Positions 52,705 to 62,165 of a stretch of 64,000 nucleotides of DNA are shown here, piece after piece. Position numbers and translations under genes: made by a program. The DNA comes from Escherichia coli. GTDB taxonomy: Bacteria; Pseudomonadota; Gammaproteobacteria; Enterobacterales; Enterobacteriaceae. The stretch is from the NCBI RefSeq assembly GCF_051903065.1, contig NZ_CP178438.1; one strand, written 5' to 3'. Under the pieces are notes generated by a model. The model ran no database searches. It had not been told where the DNA came from and saw nothing but the letters and a program-made list of their open reading frames with translations. Numbering within the stretch: the first letter of the stretch is position 1; each line of letters opens with the position of its first letter.

Positions 52705-54204
52705 TTACCTGTGGTCCGGAAGAATAAGTGGCTGCGGTTTCAGACTGTCTGCCGGCACATTTTTCTCTCCGTTAAAAACCATAACGGGTTCATTATCTTC
52801 GTCTGTCAGCGGATTGAATGGCGGTATATTTTCGGTACGAATACCGGTCAGCCACTGAAAAATGCCTGCGAAATTACGGGCACTGATTTTCCTGCTGACG
52901 GACTGATGAGACGTGATGTCACTGGCGGTAATAATCAGGGGAACGCTGTAGCCCCCCTGCACATGACCATCATGATGAACAGGATTAGCACTGTCGCTGA
53001 CCGACAGCCCATGGTCAGAAAAGTAAAGCATTGCAAAGTGACGGGAATGCCGGCGAAGGATACCATCAAGCTGACCGAGAAAGTTATCCAGTTTACTGAT
53101 GCTGGCGAGGTAACAGGCAATCTTTCGGGGATACTGCTCCAGGTAATAATTCGGCCAGGAGTTAAGTCGGTCACACGGATTCGGATGAGAGCCAATCATG
53201 TGCAGGAAAATCACCTTCGGCGAGGATTTATCCGCCAGCGCACGTTCTGTTTCCTGTAACAACAACATGTCATCCGTTTTACGGGAAGCGAAGCTGCCTT
53301 TCTTGAGGAAAACGGTATGCTCCGCATCAGAAGCAATAACAGAGATGCGTGTGTCATGCTCTCCCAGTTTTCCCTGATTGGATATCCACCATGTGCTGTA
53401 TCCTGCTTTTGCTGCCAGCGCCACCACGTTGTTGCCGGAGTCAGGGTTCTGCTCATAGTCATAAATCAGTGTCCGGCTCAGGGAAGGTACGGTACTGGCT
53501 GCTGTCGATGTATAGCCGTCAATAAATAAACCGGGAGCAGTATTCAGCCACGGCGTGGTTGGCACGGGATAGCCATATACCGACATATAATCCCTGCGCA
53601 CACTCTCACCAGTAACGATAACAATCGTGTCATACAACGGCACACCCGGCAGGATTTTCCAGTTATCAGCCCCGTGCTGACTCAGTTGTTTATAACGCTG
53701 CATTTCACGCAATGTGTCAGTTGTCCCCACAACAGTTCCTTTAACCATCCGCAACGGCCAGCTGTTTACAGAGCATAATACGAATAGCAGCAGTGCCAGC
53801 CAGTTACGGTGACCGCGGTGGTGTGTCCGCCAGAAAATCACCATGAATACCAGAATCGCGGCACTGACCAGAAAATGATAAACAGGAATCATCCCGGTAA
53901 ACTCTGCAGCCTCATCAGCCGTGGTCTGCAGCAACGCGACAATAAAACTGTTGTTGATTTTACCGTACGTCATACCCGCAGGCGCATACAGTGCACAACA
54001 GAACAGAAATAACAGCGCTGTAATGGATGTGAGGGTATTTCTGTGTGCAAGGAGAAGAAGGAGAAACAGAAGCAGCACATTTCCTGTGGCATTCTTCTCA
54101 GTGTATCCGCATGCAATTGTGGTTATTGCAGAAACAACAAAAAAGAATAAAAACAATAAAATCCGGGGTGTGTTTCCCGGACAAAACAGTTTTCTGATAT
54201 TCAT
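52705..54204 (-). CDS. sulfatase-family inner membrane protein, phosphoethanolamine transferase-like (EptA/OpgE family; yjgX-like)
   Basis: 499-aa ORF with N-terminal TM helices and C-terminal sulfatase-type domain (HMIGSH...SDHG). Confidence 0.75.
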   Translation of the reverse strand: MNIRKLFCPGNTPRILLFLFFFVVSAITTIACGYTEKNATGNVLLLFLLLLLAHRNTLTSITALLFLFCCALYAPAGMTYGKINNSFIVALLQTTADEAAEFTGMIPVYHFLVSAAILVFMVIFWRTHHRGHRNWLALLLFVLCSVNSWPLRMVKGTVVGTTDTLREMQRYKQLSQHGADNWKILPGVPLYDTIVIVTGESVRRDYMSVYGYPVPTTPWLNTAPGLFIDGYTSTAASTVPSLSRTLIYDYEQNPDSGNNVVALAAKAGYSTWWISNQGKLGEHDTRISVIASDAEHTVFLKKGSFASRKTDDMLLLQETERALADKSSPKVIFLHMIGSHPNPCDRLNSWPNYYLEQYPRKIACYLASISKLDNFLGQLDGILRRHSRHFAMLYFSDHGLSVSDSANPVHHDGHVQGGYSVPLIITASDITSHQSVSRKISARNFAGIFQWLTGIRTENIPPFNPLTDEDNEPVMVFNGEKNVPADSLKPQPLILPDHR

Positions 54205-54363
54205 CGGAGTATATCGACAACATTATGATGAAGAGAACAGGATAATAAAAATCAGAAATTATCTGTAAAACAGATAACAGACAACCCTGCAGTATAATTA
54301 CTGCAGGGTGTTTCCTTTTAATTACAGAAGATAAGTAATTATTATCTTTCAGGAGCAGTTTCG

Positions 54364-55104
54364 TCAGAAGTTATAAGTCACACCAAGCATGATGTCATGA
54401 CTTTTAACATCAACCTCTGATTTATATTTATCGCCCCACTCATCCTTGTAACTCACACTGCTGTCACCTGCATCAATATAGCGATAGCTGAGGTCAAGAG
54501 CGATATCCGGGGTTACGTCATAACGGACACCAGCCCCAAGGCTCCATGCAAAGTTGTCAGCAGAGTCTGAGTGTGACAACGACTCACGCCCACTGTACCC
54601 GTACCCATAATCCCAGGTACTGATACCAGTTGTTTTCTGATGAATTCTGGCGTAACCAATCCCTGCGGATACCCATGGTGTGAATGCACTGTCGTTCCGG
54701 AAGTCATAGTACGTATTCAGCATCAGAGTGTTGACTGACACTTCATTCTTCAGGTCATCACGCCAGTAACCACCTGACCAGCTGTCTTTATCTACGTTAT
54801 ACTTCGAATCAGCTTTTCCACGCGCGTAAAACTCCAGTTCTGTACGAACCGGAATACTGAACTGCGGATAAAAATCATAACCGGCCGCAATACCGCCACT
54901 GAATACCGTATCATGGTCATCGCCGCCTTTATACTTTGACGTTTCTTCCTCATCTCCTGACAGGAAACGCTGGTCTGAAAGTGACACCACAGAGGCACCG
55001 GCTTTACCGGTCAGATAAAAACCGCTTTTACCTTCCTCAGCACCTGCATTTGCTGCAAATACACAGGCTGCGGCCACCACTGAAACAGCAAAAACCTTTT
55101 TCAT
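54364..55104 (-). CDS. outer membrane beta-barrel protein (OmpA-like transmembrane domain family)
   Basis: 246-aa ORF with signal peptide MKKVFAVSVVAAACVFAANAGA, alternating aromatic/hydrophobic beta-strand pattern and C-terminal ...GVTYNF. Confidence 0.7.
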   Translation of the reverse strand: MKKVFAVSVVAAACVFAANAGAEEGKSGFYLTGKAGASVVSLSDQRFLSGDEEETSKYKGGDDHDTVFSGGIAAGYDFYPQFSIPVRTELEFYARGKADSKYNVDKDSWSGGYWRDDLKNEVSVNTLMLNTYYDFRNDSAFTPWVSAGIGYARIHQKTTGISTWDYGYGYSGRESLSHSDSADNFAWSLGAGVRYDVTPDIALDLSYRYIDAGDSSVSYKDEWGDKYKSEVDVKSHDIMLGVTYNF

Positions 55105-55455
55105 TTCAATTATCTCCGTTATTGCTCCGTTGCTGCAAGCAGTACTCAGTGCATTTTAAAACCCGCCATGCGATAGTCTCAATTGAATAAAATCGATCTA
55201 ATCGATAGATGATATCGATCGTCATTAACCAGAAATTTTTATCGTATTCAGTCAGCACAGATACAACAAATGCATGCCATGCAGACAGTCATACCCGGCA
55301 ACAACAGCAGATGGTTGCTGAGCAAGCAGGGAGTGAGGCTGAATCCCGGGGAAGAAAAAACCTGTAAAATTTGTTTATTCTGCCAGGAGATAAAAGTGAC
55401 GTGTGTTCATGTAACACACCAGGGACGAAAGATGCATGGACTGACAGTTTGGGGG

Positions 55456-56512
55456 GGCTTTGTTGAATAAATCGAACTTTTGCTGAGTTGAAGGATCAGA
55501 TCACGCATCCTCCCGACAACACAGACCATTCCGTGGCAAAGCAAAAGTTCAGAATCACCAACTGGTCCACCTACAACAAAGCTCTCATCAACCGTGGCTC
55601 CCTCACTTTCTGGCTGGATGATGAAGCGATTCAGGCCTGGTATGAGTCGGCAACGCCTTCATCACGAGGAAGGCCCCAGCGCTATTCTGATCTCGCCATC
55701 ACCACCGTTCTGGTGATTAAACGCGTATTCCGGCTGACCCTGCGGGCTGCGCAGGGTTTTATTGATTCCATTTTTGCCCTGATGAACGTTCCGTTGCGCT
55801 GCCCGGATTACACCAGTGTCAGTAAGCGGGCAAAGTCGGTTAATGTCAGTTTCAAAACGTCCACCCGGGGTGAAATCGCACACCTGGTGATTGATTCCAC
55901 CGGGCTGAAGGTCTTTGGTGAAGGCGAATGGAAAGTCAGAAAGCACGGCAAAGAGCGCCGTCGTATCTGGCGAAAGTTGCATCTTGCTGTTGACAGCAAC
56001 ACACATGAAGTTGTCTGTGCAGACCTGTCGCTGAATAACGTCACGGACTCAGAAGCCTTCCCGGGCCTTATCCGGCAGACTCACAGAAAAATCAGGGCAG
56101 CCGCGGCAGACGGGGCTTACGATACCCGGCTCTGTCACGATGAACTGCGCCGCAAAAAAATCAGCGCGCTTATTCCTCCCCGAAAAGGAGCAGGTTACTG
56201 GCCCGGTGAGTACGCAGACCGCAACCGTGCCGTTGCTAATCAGCGGCTGAGCGGAAGCAATGCACGGTGGAAATGGACAACGGAATATAACCGTCGCTCG
56301 ATAGCGGAAACGGCAATGTACAGAATGAAGCAGTTGTTGGGAGATTCACTGACGCTGCGTGACTACGATGGTCAGGTAGCGGAAGCTATGGCCATGGTGC
56401 GTGCGTTGAACAGGATGACAAAGGCTGGGATGCCAGAAAGCGTGCGTATTGCCTGAAAATCCAGCCAGCTACAGGGTCGTTCGCACGAAATCTTATTTAT
56501 TCAACAAAGCCC
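55456..56512 (+). mobile_element. IS903-group insertion sequence (IS5 family), about 1057 bp
   Basis: Left end ggctttgttgaataaatcgaacttttgctgagttgaaggatcag and inverted right end ...tcttatttattcaacaaagcc; single transposase ORF; no flanking 9-bp direct repeat. Confidence 0.85.
55533..56456 (+). CDS. IS903-type transposase (DDE)
   Basis: ORF VAKQKFRITNWSTYNKALINRGSLTFWLDDEAIQAWYE...; start placed at in-frame GTG to give 307 aa (tool ORF begins at TTG 55488). Confidence 0.85.
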   Translation: MAKQKFRITNWSTYNKALINRGSLTFWLDDEAIQAWYESATPSSRGRPQRYSDLAITTVLVIKRVFRLTLRAAQGFIDSIFALMNVPLRCPDYTSVSKRAKSVNVSFKTSTRGEIAHLVIDSTGLKVFGEGEWKVRKHGKERRRIWRKLHLAVDSNTHEVVCADLSLNNVTDSEAFPGLIRQTHRKIRAAAADGAYDTRLCHDELRRKKISALIPPRKGAGYWPGEYADRNRAVANQRLSGSNARWKWTTEYNRRSIAETAMYRMKQLLGDSLTLRDYDGQVAEAMAMVRALNRMTKAGMPESVRIA

Positions 56513-57624
56513 ATACCCCTCTGAAAATCAGTCATCAACTCACCAACACATCTTCTGAAATCTGTATTAAACTTATTGCTTAAATAGATGATATAACACA
56601 TCTTCCATTGCACGGAATCAGCGAAAACTGTCATTCTGGCAATCTTAACAAGATCATTTATCGGTTAATTTTATCAGTAAACAATGGAATATCACACTGA
56701 TAAAATGAACATTCAGGGTAAGATGATAAAATTCACATAAAAAATGCTGAAGATTATTTATTTCATGCAGATAAACGATAAAATACAAGAGAGTATATTT
56801 TTCAGTGTAAGAGTCAATCGTTCATCTCCACTGACGATCACGGTCAGCACATAAACAAAGTGAGTCCTCCTGCTTAGTCATTGCGTATCAGAAACTAAAA
56901 AACAAAAGATTCTGTAAACAACGTGACATTTTTTATGACATTTCCCGAATACAGATATATCAACAAACAGTAGTCAGCGTTGAATTAATAAGTTTTACAG
57001 GGCTATACGTATCTTATAAAACCACTCAACGACCATCATCACCTGACTATTTAGCGGGAGTATCATCTGTATAAATTCCTAAATAATAACACCTGTTATT
57101 AAAATAAGAATGCTGTCAGCAGTAAATTATTAACATAACACCTGTCCACTCTATCTGTTCTTCTAACTCAACCGGCATCGAAAATATTGCCTGATTAGTG
57201 CATCATAGCCTTCTTTTTTCTTTCCCGACCATCAAAACAAATACAACATTTACAACCACACAATAAAACAAAACTAAAACAAAACTAAAACATAAGATTA
57301 ACAACACCAATCAACAGGAAAACACTGAATATTGAGGTGCCCTGTAACCTGGAGAGCGCATACGGCGCATGTGATCAACACAGCCCATTCTTTTCTGTCA
57401 TCCCCCAAATGCAGAACAAACAAGCATAACCTAATGAATATAAAATAAAATATTATTTTTCACCATCATAAAAACATCAATGTATCTTTATATAAAAACA
57501 CTGATAACATGACATAAACATTTAAAAACATAAACAAATCACAACAAAAACATTTGATAATCACTTAGTGACAAAATAAAATTGAGACGATTTTGTTATA
57601 AGAGAGGCGCCATGGAGTGAGATA

Positions 57625-58644
57625 ATGAATAACGAACAGATGCTTATCAAATGCAAAGATCCCCGTAAATGTCGGTTTTATGCTGAATATCTGAATCACA
57701 AATACCCCAATGAATTCCCTCAGTTTGCGCCTGACAACCCACAAAACTGTATCAGAAATGTTAATGCGTTTTTAAAAGAAAAGTATTGTAATACTTCAAA
57801 CAATTCTTTTGGTGTTTTTGGTTCGACTGCAGAAGAAGCTCTCAGCAAAGAAATTAATGAACTTGAAATTATTGCAGGGCAGGCAATACTGCCTGAAGAG
57901 AGTTTTCTCTGGTTGAAAACTGACGAACTTGCGACTTTCTTTACCTGGACTACTATTTATCTGTCGAAGGAAGACCATACAAATTTCCCGGAAATAAACC
58001 ATAATTCATCAGGGATAAAAAACGGAATTGAAGTCAGAAAAAGACGAACAGTTACCGATGAAACGTTAAATACTTACAAAAAAAGTAACCTTCCGGATAA
58101 TCCATCATCCCATAACGAACGAATAAAAGTAATCATTTTATATTTTGATTCCTGTCATTCTTTAATTAATAAAAATGCAAAAAGCATATACCTCGAGGAA
58201 CTCAGGCAGACGTGGCTTAAAAATAAAAGCGCTTGTCAAAAGTTTAAGTGGCTCCTTCCTGACGATGATGAAATGTGTCAGTGGTTCTGGACAAGACTGA
58301 AACAAAAACAGGATGAAACACATCCGGTACATAACCCGGTGACCCGGTGGTTCATACCATCTTCAACGAAAGAATATTATCTTGCCTCTCTCGTCGCCTT
58401 TGCTTTATGGAAAGAGGCACCTGATACCATTGAACTGTTCAGAACACGCATAAATCATGCCTGGCATCAAAAAAAACAAAAAGACAAATATCGGAATGAT
58501 GGTAAAAAGGCTATTAATATACATATAAGAAGCAATGCGAAAGAAATGCTTGATGAACTCAGAACTGTTTACGGTCTGAGAACAGGAGAGTTTTTTGAAA
58601 TGCTGATTACAGAAAAATATCTTGAACACAAGCGAAGGAAGTAA
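57625..58644 (+). CDS. hypothetical protein, AT-rich orphan ORF
   Basis: 339-aa ORF with RBS ggagtgag upstream; lysine/asparagine-rich, several Cys/His; no family recognised from sequence alone. Confidence 0.5.
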   Translation: MNNEQMLIKCKDPRKCRFYAEYLNHKYPNEFPQFAPDNPQNCIRNVNAFLKEKYCNTSNNSFGVFGSTAEEALSKEINELEIIAGQAILPEESFLWLKTDELATFFTWTTIYLSKEDHTNFPEINHNSSGIKNGIEVRKRRTVTDETLNTYKKSNLPDNPSSHNERIKVIILYFDSCHSLINKNAKSIYLEELRQTWLKNKSACQKFKWLLPDDDEMCQWFWTRLKQKQDETHPVHNPVTRWFIPSSTKEYYLASLVAFALWKEAPDTIELFRTRINHAWHQKKQKDKYRNDGKKAINIHIRSNAKEMLDELRTVYGLRTGEFFEMLITEKYLEHKRRK

Positions 58645-58695
58645 TTCATTACCTGTTACATTCTAAATAATCTCAGACAGATATTATCTCCGTGA

Positions 58696-58731
58696 ATCCC
58701 CCGCCACCTTTCCGGTGCGCGGGGTTTTGTC
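58696..58731 (+). terminator. putative rho-independent terminator downstream of the 339-aa ORF
   Basis: GC-rich inverted repeat ccccgc...gcgggg followed by ttttgtctttttt. Confidence 0.45.
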
Positions 58732-58753
58732 TTTTTTCACCGGGAATACATGT

Positions 58754-59581
58754 ATGAATCCGTCTGATGCCATTGAGGCAATTGAAAAACCGCTCTCCTC
58801 CCTGCCTTACTCACTTTCCCGTCACATCCTGGAACATCTGCGCAAACTCACCAGCCACGAACCCGTGATTGGCATTATGGGGAAAAGCGGGGCCGGTAAA
58901 TCCTCACTCTGTAATGCACTGTTTCAGGGGGAGGTCACCCCGGTCAGTGATGTTCACGCCGGCACCCGGGAAGTGCAGCGCTTCCGTCTGAGTGGCCATG
59001 GTCACAGCATGGTTATCACTGACCTGCCCGGGGTGGGCGAGAGCCGTGACAGGGATGCAGAGTATGAAGCCCTGTACCGTAACATTCTGCCTGAACTTGA
59101 CCTGGTACTGTGGCTGATTAAAGCCGATGACCGTGCCTTGTCTGTGGATGAGTATTTCTGGCGACACATTCTGCACCGGGGACATCAGCAGGTGCTGTTT
59201 GTGGTGACGCAGGCCGATAAAACGGAGCCCTGCCATGAATGGGATATGGCCGGTATTCAGCCTTCTCCCGCACAGGCACAGAACATTCGCGAAAAAACGG
59301 AGGCGGTATTCCGTCTGTTCCGGCCCGTACATCCGGTTGTGGCCGTATCGGCTCGCACCGGCTGGGAACTGGATACGCTGGTCAGTGCGCTCATGACAGC
59401 GCTTCCCGACCATGCCGCCAGTCCCCTGATGACCCGCCTGCAGGACGAGCTGCGCACGGAATCTGTCCGCGCTCAGGCCCGTGAACAGTTTACCGGTGCG
59501 GTGGACCGGATATTTGACACGGCGGAGAGCGTCTGTATTGCCTCTGTTGCCCGCGCGGTATGGAACTGGATTTTCTTCTGA
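58754..59581 (+). CDS. YfjP/YeeP/YkfA-family small GTPase (prophage-like island backbone GTPase)
   Basis: P-loop GIMGKSGAGKSSLCNALF, G3 DLPGVGE, G4-like TQADK, C-terminal ...ARAVWNWIFF resembling K-12 YfjP/YkfA from memory; start at ATG 58754 (tool ORF starts at GTG 58715). Confidence 0.8.
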   Translation: MNPSDAIEAIEKPLSSLPYSLSRHILEHLRKLTSHEPVIGIMGKSGAGKSSLCNALFQGEVTPVSDVHAGTREVQRFRLSGHGHSMVITDLPGVGESRDRDAEYEALYRNILPELDLVLWLIKADDRALSVDEYFWRHILHRGHQQVLFVVTQADKTEPCHEWDMAGIQPSPAQAQNIREKTEAVFRLFRPVHPVVAVSARTGWELDTLVSALMTALPDHAASPLMTRLQDELRTESVRAQAREQFTGAVDRIFDTAESVCIASVARAVWNWIFF

Positions 59582-59701
59582 ACCCGGTGGTGATGCACCA
59601 GACTCTTGTTACAGATTTTTAACTCCATGAAAACACAATGCAAACGCAGCCATACCCGGGTTGTCCCCTTGTGTTGTGTTTTCCAGATTAATAGAATGCA
59701 T

Positions 59702-59720
59702 CGATCGTTATAAACGATCG
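59702..59720. promoter_or_regulatory. perfect inverted repeat (cgatcgtt-ata-aacgatcg) about 60 bp upstream of the dynamin-like gene
   Basis: 8-bp arms with 3-bp spacer in the 200-bp gap between the two GTPase genes; candidate operator. Confidence 0.3.
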
Positions 59721-59780
59721 TTTGTGGTAAATGACCTCCTCCGTGGTTGTCATGAAAATGCGTCTCAGGAAGGTTAAATA

Positions 59781-62165
59781 ATGCACGAAAAGAACATCGC
59801 CCTGCTTTGTGATGAAGCCGACCGACTTTTGCAACTGAACATTAATCTGCTCCGGCAAATGGTTGATGAACCGGATGTGTTATCTGACAGTAAGAACGAA
59901 AACAGACTGCTTTTCGATAAACAGAAAGCACTGAAAAGAATTGAGGAGCTGGAGGGCGAACAAATCAAAACCGCCCGCAGGGAGATGGTGCTGGCTGTTG
60001 TCGGCACGATGAAAGCAGGTAAATCAACTACCATCAACGCCATTGTGGGGCAGGAAATTCTGCCTAACCGTAACCGCCCCATGACCTCTGTACCGACGCT
60101 CATCCGCCACGTTCCCGGAAAAACTGAGCCGGTCCTCCATCTGGAACATATTCAGCCCGTCCGCAATTTATTAAGCACACTGCAACAAAAACTCGACACC
60201 CCGGCAGGACAGCAAGTCGCACAGACCCTGCAGCAAACCGGGGATACCTGCGAACTGCTGGATATTCTGGCAAATGATGGCTGGCTCAAAAATGAATACC
60301 ACGGGGAGGAGGAAATCTTTACCGGACTGGCATCGTTAAACGATCTGGTTCGCCTTGCTGCGGCAATGGGGAGTGAGTTTCCTTTTGATGAATACGCAGA
60401 AGTGCAGAAACTGCCGGTGATCGACGTGGAATTCAGCCATCTGGTGGGGATGGATGCATGCCAGGGAACACTCACACTGCTGGATACCCCCGGCCCTAAT
60501 GAGGCCGGACAACCGCAGATGGAAGTGATGATGCGGGATCAACTGCAGAAAGCCTCTGCGGTGCTGGCGGTGATGGATTACACCCAGATGAACTCAAAAG
60601 CGGATGAAGACGTCCGTAAAGAGCTTAATGCCATTGCTGACGTATCAGCCGGCCGCCTGTTTGTGCTGGTCAATAAATTTGATGAGAAAGACCGCAATGG
60701 CGATGGGGCAGATGCCGTACGCCAGAAAGTTCCGGCAATGCTGAACAGTGATGTGCTGCCCGCCTCCCGCGTTTATCCAGGCTCATCACGTCAGGCGTAC
60801 CTGGCTAACCGTGCGCTTCATGAGTTACGGAAAAACGGAACCCTTCCTGTTGATGAAGCCTGGGTCGATGATTTTGTCAGGGAAGCCTTCGGTCGCATGA
60901 AAAAAGAATACGTCTGTAAAGACAGTGAAATGGCAACCGAAGGGGCGACAGACCTGTGGGAAGGTTCACTTATCGATCAACTGATAACGGAAGTCATACA
61001 GAGCTCCCATTCCAGAGCGGCGGCACTGGCGGTTGATTCTGCCGCCGCAAAACTGATGCAGAATGCGGAAAATGTCAGCGAATATCTGTCATTACGCCAT
61101 CAGGGGCTACAGCAAAGCATTCAGTCACTGCAGGCGCATATCTCCAGCCTGCTGGCGGATATCCGGGAAATCGCGGACTGTCAGGAGCAGGTGACCGCAG
61201 ATGTCAGAATGGCTATGGAGGAGATCGATACTAAAACCCGGGAATTACTGACGGGGGTCTGCACCTCACTGGAAGAGGAGCTGAATGACTATTTCAGAAG
61301 CGGTAAACGCAAAGAACAGCAAATGCTGGAGGAAGAAAATTCAGCGCAGCCCCGGGAGAGAAACGCATTCGCTTTCTTTCACGATATTTTCGGAACCGGA
61401 AATCAGCATGACAGGATGCGGGACTTTGATCCGGACAGCCCCGAAATAAAATTCAGTGATCGCAGGGAAGCCCTTGAACTGATGACGCAAATCGAATCGA
61501 CCGTGACCAGCCTGCACCGTGAGGCTGAAGCACAGTTCCGTCCTGAACTGGAAAAAATCGTCAGGGGTATTGAAACAGGTTTTCGTGGTACGGCCCTGTA
61601 CGCCACAGAAAATATTGCCGGACGCATCAATGCCCGTCTGGAGGATGAAGGTTTCACTGTAAAAATCAGTTTTCCGGCAGTCAGCCAGTTACAGACCCGG
61701 CTCGCAGTAAAAACAAATCTGAGCGCGCTTATGGAGGAAAGAACGGAGACCGTCACTCGTCGCTGTCGACAGGATGGTGTCTGGGGTACGCTTTGTCGAT
61801 GGGCAAACACCAGTGACTGGGGCTGGAAAGAGTACAGTGTGGATGTGAGCCGCAGCGTGATCAATATCAACAAGGTCAGAGAGGAAGTGATGTCACTGAC
61901 CCGGGCATATTTCGGGGAGCTGCAGGCATCCATTGAGCAGGATATTAACCAGCCCGTCCGCCAGGAAATCGATGCCTTTTTCTGCGCATTCAGGGAGAAA
62001 GTTGAACAACTGCGTAACACGCTGATTCAGAGCTCTGAAGATCGTAAACGCGATCAGCAGGCGCAGGAACGGCTTACCGGGCGACTTCAGGCATTAAATG
62101 AAAGGGTTCCTGAGCTCATTACTGACAGTAAGGCGCTGAGGGAAGAGCTGGAGACAATGCTGTGA
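59781..62165 (+). CDS. bacterial dynamin-like large GTPase
   Basis: 794-aa ORF; G1 VVGTMKAGKSTTINAIVG (res 73-90), G3 LLDTPGPNE, G4 VLVNKFDEKD, followed by about 500 aa of helical/coiled-coil stalk-like sequence; RBS caggaagg 7 nt upstream. Confidence 0.8.
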   Translation: MHEKNIALLCDEADRLLQLNINLLRQMVDEPDVLSDSKNENRLLFDKQKALKRIEELEGEQIKTARREMVLAVVGTMKAGKSTTINAIVGQEILPNRNRPMTSVPTLIRHVPGKTEPVLHLEHIQPVRNLLSTLQQKLDTPAGQQVAQTLQQTGDTCELLDILANDGWLKNEYHGEEEIFTGLASLNDLVRLAAAMGSEFPFDEYAEVQKLPVIDVEFSHLVGMDACQGTLTLLDTPGPNEAGQPQMEVMMRDQLQKASAVLAVMDYTQMNSKADEDVRKELNAIADVSAGRLFVLVNKFDEKDRNGDGADAVRQKVPAMLNSDVLPASRVYPGSSRQAYLANRALHELRKNGTLPVDEAWVDDFVREAFGRMKKEYVCKDSEMATEGATDLWEGSLIDQLITEVIQSSHSRAAALAVDSAAAKLMQNAENVSEYLSLRHQGLQQSIQSLQAHISSLLADIREIADCQEQVTADVRMAMEEIDTKTRELLTGVCTSLEEELNDYFRSGKRKEQQMLEEENSAQPRERNAFAFFHDIFGTGNQHDRMRDFDPDSPEIKFSDRREALELMTQIESTVTSLHREAEAQFRPELEKIVRGIETGFRGTALYATENIAGRINARLEDEGFTVKISFPAVSQLQTRLAVKTNLSALMEERTETVTRRCRQDGVWGTLCRWANTSDWGWKEYSVDVSRSVININKVREEVMSLTRAYFGELQASIEQDINQPVRQEIDAFFCAFREKVEQLRNTLIQSSEDRKRDQQAQERLTGRLQALNERVPELITDSKALREELETML

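Noticed and set aside
55270-55470. 66-aa ORF just upstream of IS903
   Set aside because: Runs into the IS903 inverted repeat, has no RBS and no recognisable features; likely noncoding junction sequence.
58904-59413. 169-aa minus-strand ORF inside the YfjP-like GTPase gene
   Set aside because: Antisense to an ORF with clear P-loop motifs.
61403-62020. 205-aa minus-strand ORF inside the dynamin-like gene
   Set aside because: Antisense to the much longer plus-strand ORF that carries clear GTPase motifs; Ser/Arg-rich low complexity.
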